DNA from: Longimicrobiales bacterium
Lineage (GTDB): Bacteria; Gemmatimonadota; Gemmatimonadetes; Longimicrobiales; Gaopeijiaceae
NCBI GenBank assembly: GCA_965116905.1
Contig: OZ220732.1
Location: 1,664,001-1,728,000, forward strand
Length of the DNA stretch: 64,000 nt
Direction: 5' to 3'
The notes under the pieces are model-generated. The model saw nothing but the letters and a program-made list of their open reading frames with translations, was not told the DNA's origin and did not search any database. Position 1 is the first letter of the stretch. Each line of letters starts with the position of its first letter. Of this stretch, positions 37,511-46,522 are shown piece after piece. The position numbers were made by a program, and so were the translations under genes.

Positions 37511-38833
37511 CTAACCCGCGACGATCTTCCAGATCCTTCCGCGCAGCGAGTCGCTGACGTAGACCGATCCGTCCGGGCCCGTCGCAACCCCCGTCGGCCG
37601 GTTGTCCGCCTGGTTCGATGACGTGATCTGTCCTCCCGCGAACCCGTCCGCGAAGACAGACCAGTCTCCTGTGGGCACATCGCCCTCGAAGGGGATCCAC
37701 ACCACGTTGTAGCCGGCCTGCACGGGTGTTCGGTTCCACGACCCGTGAAAGGCGACGAACGCGCCGTTTTGGTAAGCCGGAGGGAAGCCGGCGCCACTCG
37801 AGAACGCCATCGCGTTGGGGGCCCAGTGGGCGGGCAGGCCGATCGCGGGCATGTCCATGTCGGCGCAGCGCCCCACCTCGACGCCGTCGCCGCCGTACTC
37901 GGGGGCCAGCACCTTGGTGTTGTTGCTGGGGTCGTGGAAGCAGTACGGCCAGCCGAAGTCGGACCCCTGACGGATGTGGGCGAATTCCTCGGACGGCTTC
38001 TCGGTGCCGTCGGTGGTCGTGAAGTGCCCGGGCCACAGTTCGCGAAGCTGGTCGCGCCCGTGGATTACCGCGTACAGTTCGCCGGATGCCGGATGCACGG
38101 CGATGGCCGCCGCGTTGCGCACGCCGGTCGAGAAGCGTTCGCCGTCGGCCTGCGTCTGTCCGAGACGGTCGGTCGCAAAGCGCCAGATTCCCGCCCGCGT
38201 AACCAGCTCGCCACACGGATCGCGGCCGGGCACGCCGGGTGTGCGCGGAGAGGTCTGGCAGGCGTTGGACGGCGAGCCGATGCCGATGAACACGCTTCCG
38301 TCGGGATGCAGGGCGATGCTCTTGGTCGGATGATTGCGTGCGCTCGGAAGCCCGTCGACGATTGTTTCGGGGGGACCGGATGGCGTGAGCGAACCGGCGG
38401 CGATCGCGTAGCGCAGAACCGCGTTGTTGGTCGCCAGGTAAAGCACGCCCTCGCCGAGCACGATGCCGCTGGCGCCCTCATCGCCCCAGCGCTCCGTCTG
38501 GTCGGCCGTGCCGTTACCGTCGAGGTCGCGCAGCGCCATGACGCCGCCGGTCGTGTTGCCCCGGTTGCGTATCGCTACGAAAACGTCTCCGTTTGCCGCT
38601 ACCGCGAGTTGCCGGGCGGCGCCCACACCGGGATGATAGACCCGCGCGCAAAAGCCGTCGGGCACACTGATGGCCGGATCGCAGAGCGGATCCTCCGGCA
38701 CCTCGGTCGGCACCTCGGGAGCGGGGGAGTCAGCGGTCCCGCACGCGGCGGCGAACGCAGCAACGAAGGCAGCGGCAAATGCAGCAGCGGCCGTGACCCC
38801 GACTGCCGCCCGATACAGCTTTCTCGGTTTCAT
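37511..38833 (-). CDS. PQQ-dependent sugar / sorbosone dehydrogenase-family lipoprotein
   Basis: Lipobox AAAC; GSPSNAC, TGVRN, HGRD, GWPYC, PAHWAP, AFHGSWNR, RPTGVATGPDGSVYVSD. Confidence 0.87.
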   Translation of the reverse strand: MKPRKLYRAAVGVTAAAAFAAAFVAAFAAACGTADSPAPEVPTEVPEDPLCDPAISVPDGFCARVYHPGVGAARQLAVAANGDVFVAIRNRGNTTGGVMALRDLDGNGTADQTERWGDEGASGIVLGEGVLYLATNNAVLRYAIAAGSLTPSGPPETIVDGLPSARNHPTKSIALHPDGSVFIGIGSPSNACQTSPRTPGVPGRDPCGELVTRAGIWRFATDRLGQTQADGERFSTGVRNAAAIAVHPASGELYAVIHGRDQLRELWPGHFTTTDGTEKPSEEFAHIRQGSDFGWPYCFHDPSNNTKVLAPEYGGDGVEVGRCADMDMPAIGLPAHWAPNAMAFSSGAGFPPAYQNGAFVAFHGSWNRTPVQAGYNVVWIPFEGDVPTGDWSVFADGFAGGQITSSNQADNRPTGVATGPDGSVYVSDSLRGRIWKIVAG

Positions 38834-38852
38834 GACATATCCCTACGATAGA

Positions 38853-38864
38853 TTTCAGCTGAAA
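38853..38864. promoter_or_regulatory. Perfect 12-bp palindrome TTTCAGCTGAAA in divergent promoter region
   Basis: Lies between divergent starts at 38833 and 38913. Confidence 0.4.
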
Positions 38865-38912
38865 CGCCGACGATCACGTCGCGACGGTGACCCAGCCAGG
38901 AGCCGCCTCAAC

Positions 38913-40067
38913 ATGATAGAGCTAACGACAAAGCTACGCCGCAATGCACATGTACGCCGCAGCGAACAGACGATTGCACGTGGGCTCCTGCTGTCCGTCG
39001 CGTGCTCGGTGGGCCTCGCGGGCCTGGCCGCGCCCGACGCACTCGCCGCTCAGACCTTCCCCAACCCGTACCGCGCCACGCTCGGATGGGAGTCGCTGCC
39101 CGAAGGCCGCACCCTCGGCATCGTCAGCGGAGTGATTCCCGATCCGGACGGCGAGCACCTCTGGATCCTCGACCGCTGCGGCGCGAACCAGTGCGCGGGC
39201 ACCGACCTCGACCCGATCCTCAAGTTCGACCTCGAGGGCAACCTGGTCGACAGCTTCGGCGCGGGGCTCTTCGCCTTCCCGCACGGCTTCGCCCTCGACC
39301 ACGACGGCTTCCTGTGGGTCACGGAGGGCGGCGCGCACGGCGACCCGCGGGGCGTACTGGGCGAGTCCATGGGCATGGGGCACCAGGTCTTCAAGCTTAC
39401 GCGCACGGGCGAGGTGGTCATGCGCCTCGGCGAGGCGGGCGTGCACGGCGACGACGATTCGCACTTCAACGGCCCGTCCGGTGTGGCGATCGCCCCGAAC
39501 GGGGACATCTGGATCGCGGACGGCCACCGGGGCGGCAACAACAGAATCGTCCGGGTGGCCAGCGACGGCACCTTCATCCGCGCGGTCGGCGGCGGGATCG
39601 GTTCCGAGAGCCGCGAACCCGGCCGTTTCAGCGATCCCCACGACATCAAGGTCGACTCCCGCGGGCGAGTCTATGTGGCGGACCGGGGCAACAGCCGCAT
39701 CCAGGTCTTCGATCCCGAGGGGAACCTTCTCTACATCTGGACGCAATACGGCAAGCCGAGCGGCCTGTTCATCGATCCCAACGACATCCTGTACGCGGGC
39801 GACGGCCTCTCCGGCGATCTGCGCACCGGCCCGCCCGACCCCTGGCGCAGCAACTTCGGCTGGGAGAAGGGCATCCGCATCGGCGACCTCAAGACCGAGC
39901 AGGCCTGGGTCACCTACTTCATTCCCCAGCACGACGAGAACGTCGGCCCGGGGATCGAGTTTCTGGGCGTCGACCTCGACGGCAATATCTACGCCGGCGA
40001 AATCAACCGCATGCGCATGGTCCGGTACGTACCGGAGCGCCCGCTGCTGATCGGGGGCAGGCGCTAG
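38913..40067 (+). CDS. Secreted NHL-repeat protein (peptidyl-alpha-hydroxyglycine alpha-amidating lyase-like)
   Basis: AGGAG RBS; FAFPHG, GHQVFK, FNGPSGVA, FSDPHDI, VYVADRGNSRIQVFD. Confidence 0.85.
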   Translation: MIELTTKLRRNAHVRRSEQTIARGLLLSVACSVGLAGLAAPDALAAQTFPNPYRATLGWESLPEGRTLGIVSGVIPDPDGEHLWILDRCGANQCAGTDLDPILKFDLEGNLVDSFGAGLFAFPHGFALDHDGFLWVTEGGAHGDPRGVLGESMGMGHQVFKLTRTGEVVMRLGEAGVHGDDDSHFNGPSGVAIAPNGDIWIADGHRGGNNRIVRVASDGTFIRAVGGGIGSESREPGRFSDPHDIKVDSRGRVYVADRGNSRIQVFDPEGNLLYIWTQYGKPSGLFIDPNDILYAGDGLSGDLRTGPPDPWRSNFGWEKGIRIGDLKTEQAWVTYFIPQHDENVGPGIEFLGVDLDGNIYAGEINRMRMVRYVPERPLLIGGRR

Positions 40068-40112
40068 GGGCGGGGCGGGCCGGGGCGGGCCCCGACGCCG
40101 GCCGTCCCCCTA
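40065..40112. terminator. GC-rich hairpin between convergent genes (candidate bidirectional terminator)
   Basis: TAGGGGCGG...CCGTCCCCTA inverted repeat bounded by both stop codons; no U-tract. Confidence 0.4.
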
Positions 40113-40727
40113 CCGGGCGACCGAAAACGGCGCGCTGGCCACCTGGTCGCCCCACCAGACCGTGAACATGCCGCCGTCACTGGTCATGTCGGTGAAGGCG
40201 ATCACCATCTGGTCGGCGGACATCGCGCTTGTGGACACGCTCATGGACGTCCGCAGCACGTCGCGGTCCGGCGTGTAGTTGTAGGCGCCCCACAGCGTGT
40301 TCGGATCCTCGTCGCGCGGATTGGCCTTGGCGCCCCAATTGGAGAAGATCAGCGTCCATTCGCTCTCGGTGAGCTCGGCGAACACGGTGTACTCGCCGGC
40401 GGGCAGCCGCTGGCCACCGAACATGAGGTCCGTCTCGGTCATGAGGACGGTGGACTGGTTCGCGCCAAGCCGCCACACGGGCGCGCCCCGCAGGAACGCC
40501 TGGCCGTACTCCGCGCCGGAGCCGAAGAGATCGCGACCGCGGAGGATGGGCCTTCCGTAGTCCACGACGACCCAGCTGCCGCCCTCGTAGCGGCCGTTGT
40601 CGTTGTATGAGCCGCCGACCTGTGTGGCGGCCTCGCCGCGGGGGCTGGCCGGCCGGTCCTGGGCATCGGCGGCAGCCGCAAAGGCGAGCGTCAGGGCAAG
40701 GGGGGCGATGGCGCGGGCGATCTTCAT
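40110..40727 (-). CDS. DUF2911 family secreted protein
   Basis: RPASPRG, VDYGRP..RGR, VWRLGAN.ST, LPAGEYT, WGAYNY. Confidence 0.85.
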   Translation of the reverse strand: MKIARAIAPLALTLAFAAAADAQDRPASPRGEAATQVGGSYNDNGRYEGGSWVVVDYGRPILRGRDLFGSGAEYGQAFLRGAPVWRLGANQSTVLMTETDLMFGGQRLPAGEYTVFAELTESEWTLIFSNWGAKANPRDEDPNTLWGAYNYTPDRDVLRTSMSVSTSAMSADQMVIAFTDMTSDGGMFTVWWGDQVASAPFSVAR

Positions 40728-40944
40728 TGGTTTCTCCTGCGGGTTAGTGACACGACCTGATGGTCAGCGACCTTTATGGACCAAGGCAAGGGACTCGAAT
40801 AGTAAGTATGCGCAACGGAACCGGGAAGTGGCGTTGCGTCCTGTGTTGCGGCGGCCCGCAGTCTTGTCGGTGGCCAAAGACCGTTGCGTCTGCCTTCACC
40901 TGAGACGTAGATTCGGAATAGTCAGAATTTCGGAGGAATCAGAA

Positions 40945-41169
40945 ATGGAGTTCTCAAGGATTACTGCGCGTGGGCAGACGACCATCCCCAAGCGTATCCG
41001 GGAAGCGGCCAACCTGCGGGAGGGTGACATGCTTGCGTTCGACGTGCGTGGCGACCAGCTGGTCGTGCGCAGAGTAACGCCGGGGCCTGACGGCTATCTG
41101 GAAGGGTTGTCGAACACCATGAGCGAATGGGTTGAGTCCGAGGACGAGGAAGCATGGCGTGATCTGTGA
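40945..41169 (+). CDS. AbrB/MazE/SpoVT-family antitoxin
   Basis: GGAGG RBS; SRITARGQTTIPKRIR..NLREGD; C-terminal EW.S.EDEEAWRDL. Confidence 0.9.
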   Translation: MEFSRITARGQTTIPKRIREAANLREGDMLAFDVRGDQLVVRRVTPGPDGYLEGLSNTMSEWVESEDEEAWRDL

Positions 41170-41494
41170 GCCGTACGATGTCGTGGTCGTCCCATTCCCG
41201 TTCACGGATCGCGACGTCTCGAAACGGCGGCCTGCGCTGGTCGTGTCGTCCACCGGATTCAACCGCGGTCACGCCCAACTCGTCCTGGCCATGATCACGT
41301 CGACGAAGAGCGAGTGGCCAAGCGACGTGATCCTTGACGCCTGGCGTGACGCCAATCTGAGTGTTCCCTGCAAGGTCCGCTTCAAGCTGTTCACGCTGGA
41401 TCACACCTTGATCATTCGTAAACTTGGCATTCTGTCGCCTGGAGACCGCCAGGCCGTCCGGGACGCGCTCCTACGCTGGATCGCCATCACCTGA
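41159..41494 (+). CDS. PemK/MazF-family toxin
   Basis: DVVVVPFPFTD...KRRPALVVS, AMITS; GTG start overlaps the antitoxin 3' end. Confidence 0.9.
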   Translation: MICEPYDVVVVPFPFTDRDVSKRRPALVVSSTGFNRGHAQLVLAMITSTKSEWPSDVILDAWRDANLSVPCKVRFKLFTLDHTLIIRKLGILSPGDRQAVRDALLRWIAIT

Positions 41495-41517
41495 ACTTCC
41501 GAGCCCAGGCAAACCAC

Positions 41518-43257
41518 ATGGATCGCCGCGCATTCATTCAATCGTCCATTGCCGCCGGCGTCGTCGGTGGCACCGCCTGCGCGGAGGGCTCCTCGCCCGC
41601 CGGAACCGACGCGGGCGCCGCGCCCAGCGCCACCGCTCGCACCGACTTCCCCGGCCGCACCGACACCCCCGGCGAGCGCGACTGGGCTGCCCTGTCCCGT
41701 GTCGACATGAAGCCGCCCCAGACGATCGGCGCCCACGTTCGGGTCGTCGGCTCGGGCGTGATGGCCACCACCGACCATCCGTACGCGACCGAGGCCGCAC
41801 TCTGGGCGCTGGAACGGGGCGGCACGGCGGCGGACGCCTACATCACGGCAGCGCTGGTGCAGTGCGTCCTCGAACCCGCCATGACCACCCTGGGCGGCGG
41901 CTTCGGCGTCACCTGTTTCGACGCCGCCACCGGCGAACTCTCCACCGCCGGCGGGGCATTCGCCTTCCCCAGCGGCGCCCCCGCTTCCGAGCCCTACGAG
42001 GAGGCGCGTTCCTGGACCGGCTTTGGCGCCATGGTGCCCGGCTACGTGCGCGGCCTCGAGGCGGCCCACGTTGCGTACGGACGGCTCCCCTGGCAGGACC
42101 TGTGGGAGCCCGCGATCGCCTTTGCCGAGAACGGTTTTGTCATCGACCACACTCTTTGGGCCTACACGCATCACTACCGGAAGATGGTGGGGCGCTTCGC
42201 GGGTCCGGGGCGCGACAACTGGTTCCGTGACGGCTACCTCCTCGGGGTGGGCGACACCATACACCTCCCCGAACTCGCCTCGACCATGACCCGCCTCCGC
42301 GACGAGGGCGGCGACTACTTCTACACGGGTTCGTTCGCGCGCAAGCTGGTCGACGAGGTCGCGCGGCGCGGCGGCGGCATCACCATGGACGACCTCGCCG
42401 CCATGCAGGGCTTCGTGTCCCCGTCGTGGAAGTCCGGCGAGCCGGGCGGCGCGTCCTACCGGGACTACGAGATCGCGCCCTCCAGCGGCCTGCTCTTCCT
42501 GCTCGGCCTGCAGGTCTTCGAGGCCGCGGATCTGCGTTCGATGGGCCCACCCACCGAGAGCGTCGAAGCGCTGCACACCCAGATGCGGGTGGCACAGGAG
42601 TTGTGGCTCCGCGGAGCCGACATCACCCCCGCGAACCAGGACGACTTCATCTCGCCCGACAACGCGCGCCGCGTGTGGCGGGACATCCAGAACAGCCCGC
42701 CTCGCCCCTTCGTGGGCTTCGCCGCGGCCACGTGCGGCAATGTGATCGTCGACGCCGAAGGCAACGTAGCCGCCGGCACCCATTCCAGCTCTTCCGAGCC
42801 CTTCGGCACCGGGATCAACATCGACGGCGTCGTGATGAACCGCGCCACCTACCTGCGCAAGTACACGAACCTCCCCGTCGGGTTTTCCACGCAACTCTGG
42901 CTCTTCCGCGACGGCCGGCCCGCGCTGGTGATGGCGACGCCCAGCCGCTCGCTCATGGAATGCCTGCTGCAGGGCGCGGCCAACTTCGTCGAGTACGGAA
43001 TGGACGGCGAGCAGGTGGTGCAGGCCCCGCGGTTCGGCCATCCGCACCCGGGAATCGCGTCGGCCGAGATCGAGGGCGACTTCGGCGACGAGGCCATCGC
43101 CGAACTGGAGGCGCGGGGCCATGCACTTTTCCCGGTGAGCCCCCGGGACGCGAACATGGGGTCGATCCACGCCGTGCGCAGGCTGGACGACGGGCGGCTC
43201 GAAGGGGTGGCCGATCCCAGGCGGCGGGGACGCGCGAGTGGCGGTGCGGTGGAGTGA
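41518..43257 (+). CDS. Gamma-glutamyltransferase-family (Ntn hydrolase) Tat lipoprotein, divergent
   Basis: RRAF Tat motif + GTAC lipobox; GGTAADA, VPGYVRGL, YGRLPW, FYTG, T-CGNVIVDAEGN, GVADPRR. Confidence 0.85.
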   Translation: MDRRAFIQSSIAAGVVGGTACAEGSSPAGTDAGAAPSATARTDFPGRTDTPGERDWAALSRVDMKPPQTIGAHVRVVGSGVMATTDHPYATEAALWALERGGTAADAYITAALVQCVLEPAMTTLGGGFGVTCFDAATGELSTAGGAFAFPSGAPASEPYEEARSWTGFGAMVPGYVRGLEAAHVAYGRLPWQDLWEPAIAFAENGFVIDHTLWAYTHHYRKMVGRFAGPGRDNWFRDGYLLGVGDTIHLPELASTMTRLRDEGGDYFYTGSFARKLVDEVARRGGGITMDDLAAMQGFVSPSWKSGEPGGASYRDYEIAPSSGLLFLLGLQVFEAADLRSMGPPTESVEALHTQMRVAQELWLRGADITPANQDDFISPDNARRVWRDIQNSPPRPFVGFAAATCGNVIVDAEGNVAAGTHSSSSEPFGTGINIDGVVMNRATYLRKYTNLPVGFSTQLWLFRDGRPALVMATPSRSLMECLLQGAANFVEYGMDGEQVVQAPRFGHPHPGIASAEIEGDFGDEAIAELEARGHALFPVSPRDANMGSIHAVRRLDDGRLEGVADPRRRGRASGGAVE

Positions 43258-44237
43258 ACTCCGGTAGCGGCGGCGGGCCGGCGGACCCGGTGGGCGACGA
43301 AGCCGGCCCCCGCCTGAGCGGTCGGTGGGTCCTGAAGCAGGTCCTCGGACGTACGCTCCTCCCGCACCACGTGTACCGCTGGCTTCGTCGGCGGTGGCGG
43401 GGCCGGAGGGGGCACCGCCGCGTCCCAACCGTGCATGCGAACGCCCAGTTGGCGCTGTACAGCCGCATGCTGCCCGGCGATTTCCTCCACTACGGCTACT
43501 TCGAAGACCCTGATACGCCGCCCGAGTCGATCAGCTTCGATGCACTCCACCGCGCCCAGCGCCGCTACGCCGAGCTGCTGCTGGACCTGATCGAGCAACC
43601 CGACGCGCCGGTCCTCGATGCCGGCTGCGGAATGGGCGGCATGCTGGGCCTTCTGGATGCCGCGGGACACGACGTGATCGGCCTGACCCCGGACCGGATC
43701 CAGGCGGACCACATTGGTGCGGCCTATCCGGGCATCCCCGTCCTGCGTTGCCGCTTCGAGGATATCGATACTGACAGATTCATGGAATATTTTGGCACAG
43801 TCATCCACGCGGAGTCCCTGCAATACATGCTTCCCAACGGTGTTTTTGCCGTAATGGACAAAATCATGGCACATTCTGACATTTGGATTGTGGCGGACTA
43901 CTTTCGAGTCGGACGCGCTCGCGGGTCCGGATGGAGGCTCGACGCCTTTCGCGCCCGCCTGCGTGAGCACGGATACAAGGTGCTCCGCGAGTCCGACATC
44001 ACCGCCCACGTTCTGCCGACCCTGGGCTTCGCCCGCTTGCTTGCCGACCGCATCGCGCTGTCCGCCCTCGACTTCGCGCACGACAAGCTCCGGGCGAAAA
44101 GCCCCGCACTCCATTACGTTCTGGAGAACGTGGCCGAGCGCGCCCGGGATGCCGCGGTTCGCAGCACGGCCATCCTCGATCCGGCCGGGTTTGCCGAGCG
44201 GAAACGCTACATGCTGATGAAGATCCGCAAGACGTGA
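43254..44237 (+). CDS. Class I SAM-dependent methyltransferase
   Basis: FLHYGYF, VLDAGCGMG, AESLQY, WIVADYF; GTG start overlapping upstream TGA (start uncertain). Confidence 0.82.
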   Translation: MNSGSGGGPADPVGDEAGPRLSGRWVLKQVLGRTLLPHHVYRWLRRRWRGRRGHRRVPTVHANAQLALYSRMLPGDFLHYGYFEDPDTPPESISFDALHRAQRRYAELLLDLIEQPDAPVLDAGCGMGGMLGLLDAAGHDVIGLTPDRIQADHIGAAYPGIPVLRCRFEDIDTDRFMEYFGTVIHAESLQYMLPNGVFAVMDKIMAHSDIWIVADYFRVGRARGSGWRLDAFRARLREHGYKVLRESDITAHVLPTLGFARLLADRIALSALDFAHDKLRAKSPALHYVLENVAERARDAAVRSTAILDPAGFAERKRYMLMKIRKT

Positions 44238-44251
44238 TGGGGAGGAGAACG

Positions 44252-45418
44252 ATGTTCCGGAATCATGCAGCAGGCGGATGGCCGCCAGCGGGCATGGCCA
44301 CGGCGGTGCTTGCCGCGCCGCCTCTTGCCGTGCCGCTTCTGGCCGTGCCGGTTCTGGCCGCGGCGCTCGCCGTGCCACTCGCCGCCCAGGACGTCACCGT
44401 CGTCGACTACGAGCCGCGCAATACGCTGGTCGTGCCGGGGAATCCGCTCACCCGGGCCAGCTTCCCCTTCGTGGACATTCACGGCCATCAGCGCGGCGAA
44501 AGGATGTCGGCCGCCGACATCGACCGCCTGGTGGGGGAGATGGACGAGCTCAACATGGCGGTGATGGTCAACCTCTCCGGTGGCAGCGGCTTTTCCCTGA
44601 CCGCCGGCCTCGAGAACATGACCGCGCGGCATCCGTCGCGCTTCGTCTTCTTCGCCAACACCAACTTCTTCGGCGTCGGGGAACCCGGCTGGGGTGAGGA
44701 GGCTGCCGCGCAGCTGGAAGAGGACGTGAGGAACGGCGCCGCGGGTCTGAAAATCTTCAAGGGCCTTGGAATGGCGGATCGGGACACCGACGGGAACCGG
44801 ATTCCGGTCGACGATCCGCGCCTGGCGCCGCTGTGGGACAAGGCCGGCGAGCTGGGGATTCCGGTGCTCATCCACTCCGCCGACCCCGCCGAGTTCTGGC
44901 AGCGCCACGACCGCTTCAACGAGCGCTGGCTCGAACTGCGGCTGCGGCCGCGGCGGATCCGGCCTCCCGGCCAATTCCCGCCCTTCGAGCAGATCATCGG
45001 CGAGCAGCACAATCTCTTCCGGCGGCACCCGAATACGAACTTCATCTCCGCGCATCTGGGCTGGCTGGGCCACGACCTCGCGCGCCTCGGTGAGGTGCTC
45101 GACGAGATCCCGAACATGTACGTCGGCCTCGGCGCGGTCGTGTACGAACTTGGCCGGCAGCCGCGGTTCGCGCGCGAGTGGCTGATCGAGCATGGGGATC
45201 GCGTGCTGATGGGGAAGGACTCGTACAACCAGGAGGAGTTCCACACCTATTTCCGCGTGTTCGAGACCGAAGACGACTACTTCGACTACTACCGCCGCTA
45301 CCACGCCTTCTGGCAGATGTACGGCCTGGGTCTCCCCGACGAAGTCCTGCGCAAGATCTACTACGAGAACGCGTTGAAGCTCGTTCCGGCGATCGACCGG
45401 AGCCTGTTTCCTGGCTGA
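44252..45418 (+). CDS. Secreted amidohydrolase (amidohydrolase_2 family)
   Basis: GGAGGAG RBS; DIHGH, GLKIFK, PVLIHSADP, AHLG, MGKD, YYENALKL. Confidence 0.88.
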   Translation: MFRNHAAGGWPPAGMATAVLAAPPLAVPLLAVPVLAAALAVPLAAQDVTVVDYEPRNTLVVPGNPLTRASFPFVDIHGHQRGERMSAADIDRLVGEMDELNMAVMVNLSGGSGFSLTAGLENMTARHPSRFVFFANTNFFGVGEPGWGEEAAAQLEEDVRNGAAGLKIFKGLGMADRDTDGNRIPVDDPRLAPLWDKAGELGIPVLIHSADPAEFWQRHDRFNERWLELRLRPRRIRPPGQFPPFEQIIGEQHNLFRRHPNTNFISAHLGWLGHDLARLGEVLDEIPNMYVGLGAVVYELGRQPRFAREWLIEHGDRVLMGKDSYNQEEFHTYFRVFETEDDYFDYYRRYHAFWQMYGLGLPDEVLRKIYYENALKLVPAIDRSLFPG

Positions 45419-45458
45419 GCGGGCCGTGCGGACGGTGTGGCTTCGGCCCCGCTGAGCG

Positions 45459-46451
45459 ATGAAGGCTGTCTGGTACAGAGCGACGGGCCCCGCGCGGGAG
45501 GTGCTTCGTTACGGGGAAGTCGAGACGCCGAGCCCGGGGCGAGGGGAGGTTCGCGTCCGCGTCGCGGCTTCGGGCGTCAATCCCTCCGACACCAAGCGGC
45601 GGGGCGGCTGGCTCGGCATGCAGATGGGGCACGCACGCGTGATCCCGCACTCGGACGGAGCGGGGACACTGGACGCGGTCGGCGAGGGCGTCGACCCGGC
45701 ACGGATCGGGGAGCGGGTCTGGGTGTGGAACGCCCAGGGCGGGGCGCGCCCGTTCGGGACCGCGGCCGAGTTCGTGGTGGTGCCGGCCGGGCAGGCGGTG
45801 CGGTTGCCGGACGGGGTGCCGTGGTCGATCGGGGCCGGATTGGGGGTTCCCGGGTGCACCGCGCACTACGCCGTGTTGGGCGCCGGGCCGGTGGAGGGTA
45901 GGCGCGTGCTGGTGCAGGGCGGGGCGGGCGGGGTGGGGCACATGGCCGTGCAGATCGCGGCGCTGAGCGGGGCCGAGGTGATTGCGACCGTGAGCGGCGC
46001 CGCGAAGGGGGAGGTGGCGGCGGGGGGCGGTGCGCGCCATGTGGTGAACTATCGCCGTGAGGATGTGGTGGCGCGGGTGCGGGATCTGACCGGGGGAGAG
46101 GGCGTGGATCGCGTGATCGAGGTGGACCTCGCGGCCAACATCGAGACCGACGTGAAGTTGCTGCGGCCGCACGGCACGATTGCGTCGTATTCGTCGACCT
46201 CGGGGCCGGAGCTGCCGCTCGCGTACTACCCTCTCGCCTTCAAGGACCTGCGCATCCATTTCGTCCAGGGCTACCTGCTTTCGGCCCCGGCGCGCCGGGC
46301 GGCGATCCGGGATCTGACGGCCTGGTTGAGCGCGGCGCAGTTGGATGTTCGCATCGCGGAGGTGTTCCGGCTTTCGGATGCGGCGTCCGCACACGAGCTG
46401 CTCGAGTCGGGACGAGCGGACGGGAAGGTGGTGGTGGCGGTCGGCTCGTGA
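45459..46451 (+). CDS. NADPH:quinone reductase (zeta-crystallin/MDR family)
   Basis: SGVNPSDTK, IPHSDGAG, GERVW, GTAAE, GGAGGVG, GKVVV. Confidence 0.9.
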   Translation: MKAVWYRATGPAREVLRYGEVETPSPGRGEVRVRVAASGVNPSDTKRRGGWLGMQMGHARVIPHSDGAGTLDAVGEGVDPARIGERVWVWNAQGGARPFGTAAEFVVVPAGQAVRLPDGVPWSIGAGLGVPGCTAHYAVLGAGPVEGRRVLVQGGAGGVGHMAVQIAALSGAEVIATVSGAAKGEVAAGGGARHVVNYRREDVVARVRDLTGGEGVDRVIEVDLAANIETDVKLLRPHGTIASYSSTSGPELPLAYYPLAFKDLRIHFVQGYLLSAPARRAAIRDLTAWLSAAQLDVRIAEVFRLSDAASAHELLESGRADGKVVVAVGS

Positions 46452-46477
46452 CTTGAGGTCATCCGCCGACGCGCTCA

Positions 46478-46510
46478 GCTTGGGATGTGGAGATCACCGA
46501 CTACCACTAG
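46478..46510 (+). pseudogene. higB: 3'-terminal remnant of a HigB (RelE/ParE plasmid-killer type) toxin gene
   Basis: AWDVEITDYH* matches the conserved HigB C-terminus (VEIxDYH), 12 nt upstream of higA; in-frame TGA at 46454 and no start. Confidence 0.75.
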
Positions 46511-46522
46511 GCGAGTCATGCG

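Noticed and set aside
38851..38866. parS site
   Set aside because: Central dinucleotide is GC rather than CG and the outer bases deviate from TGTTTCACGTGAAACA.
43761..43900. DGR variable region
   Set aside because: No reverse transcriptase or template repeat in the window; changes appear to be toward A/T rather than away from A.
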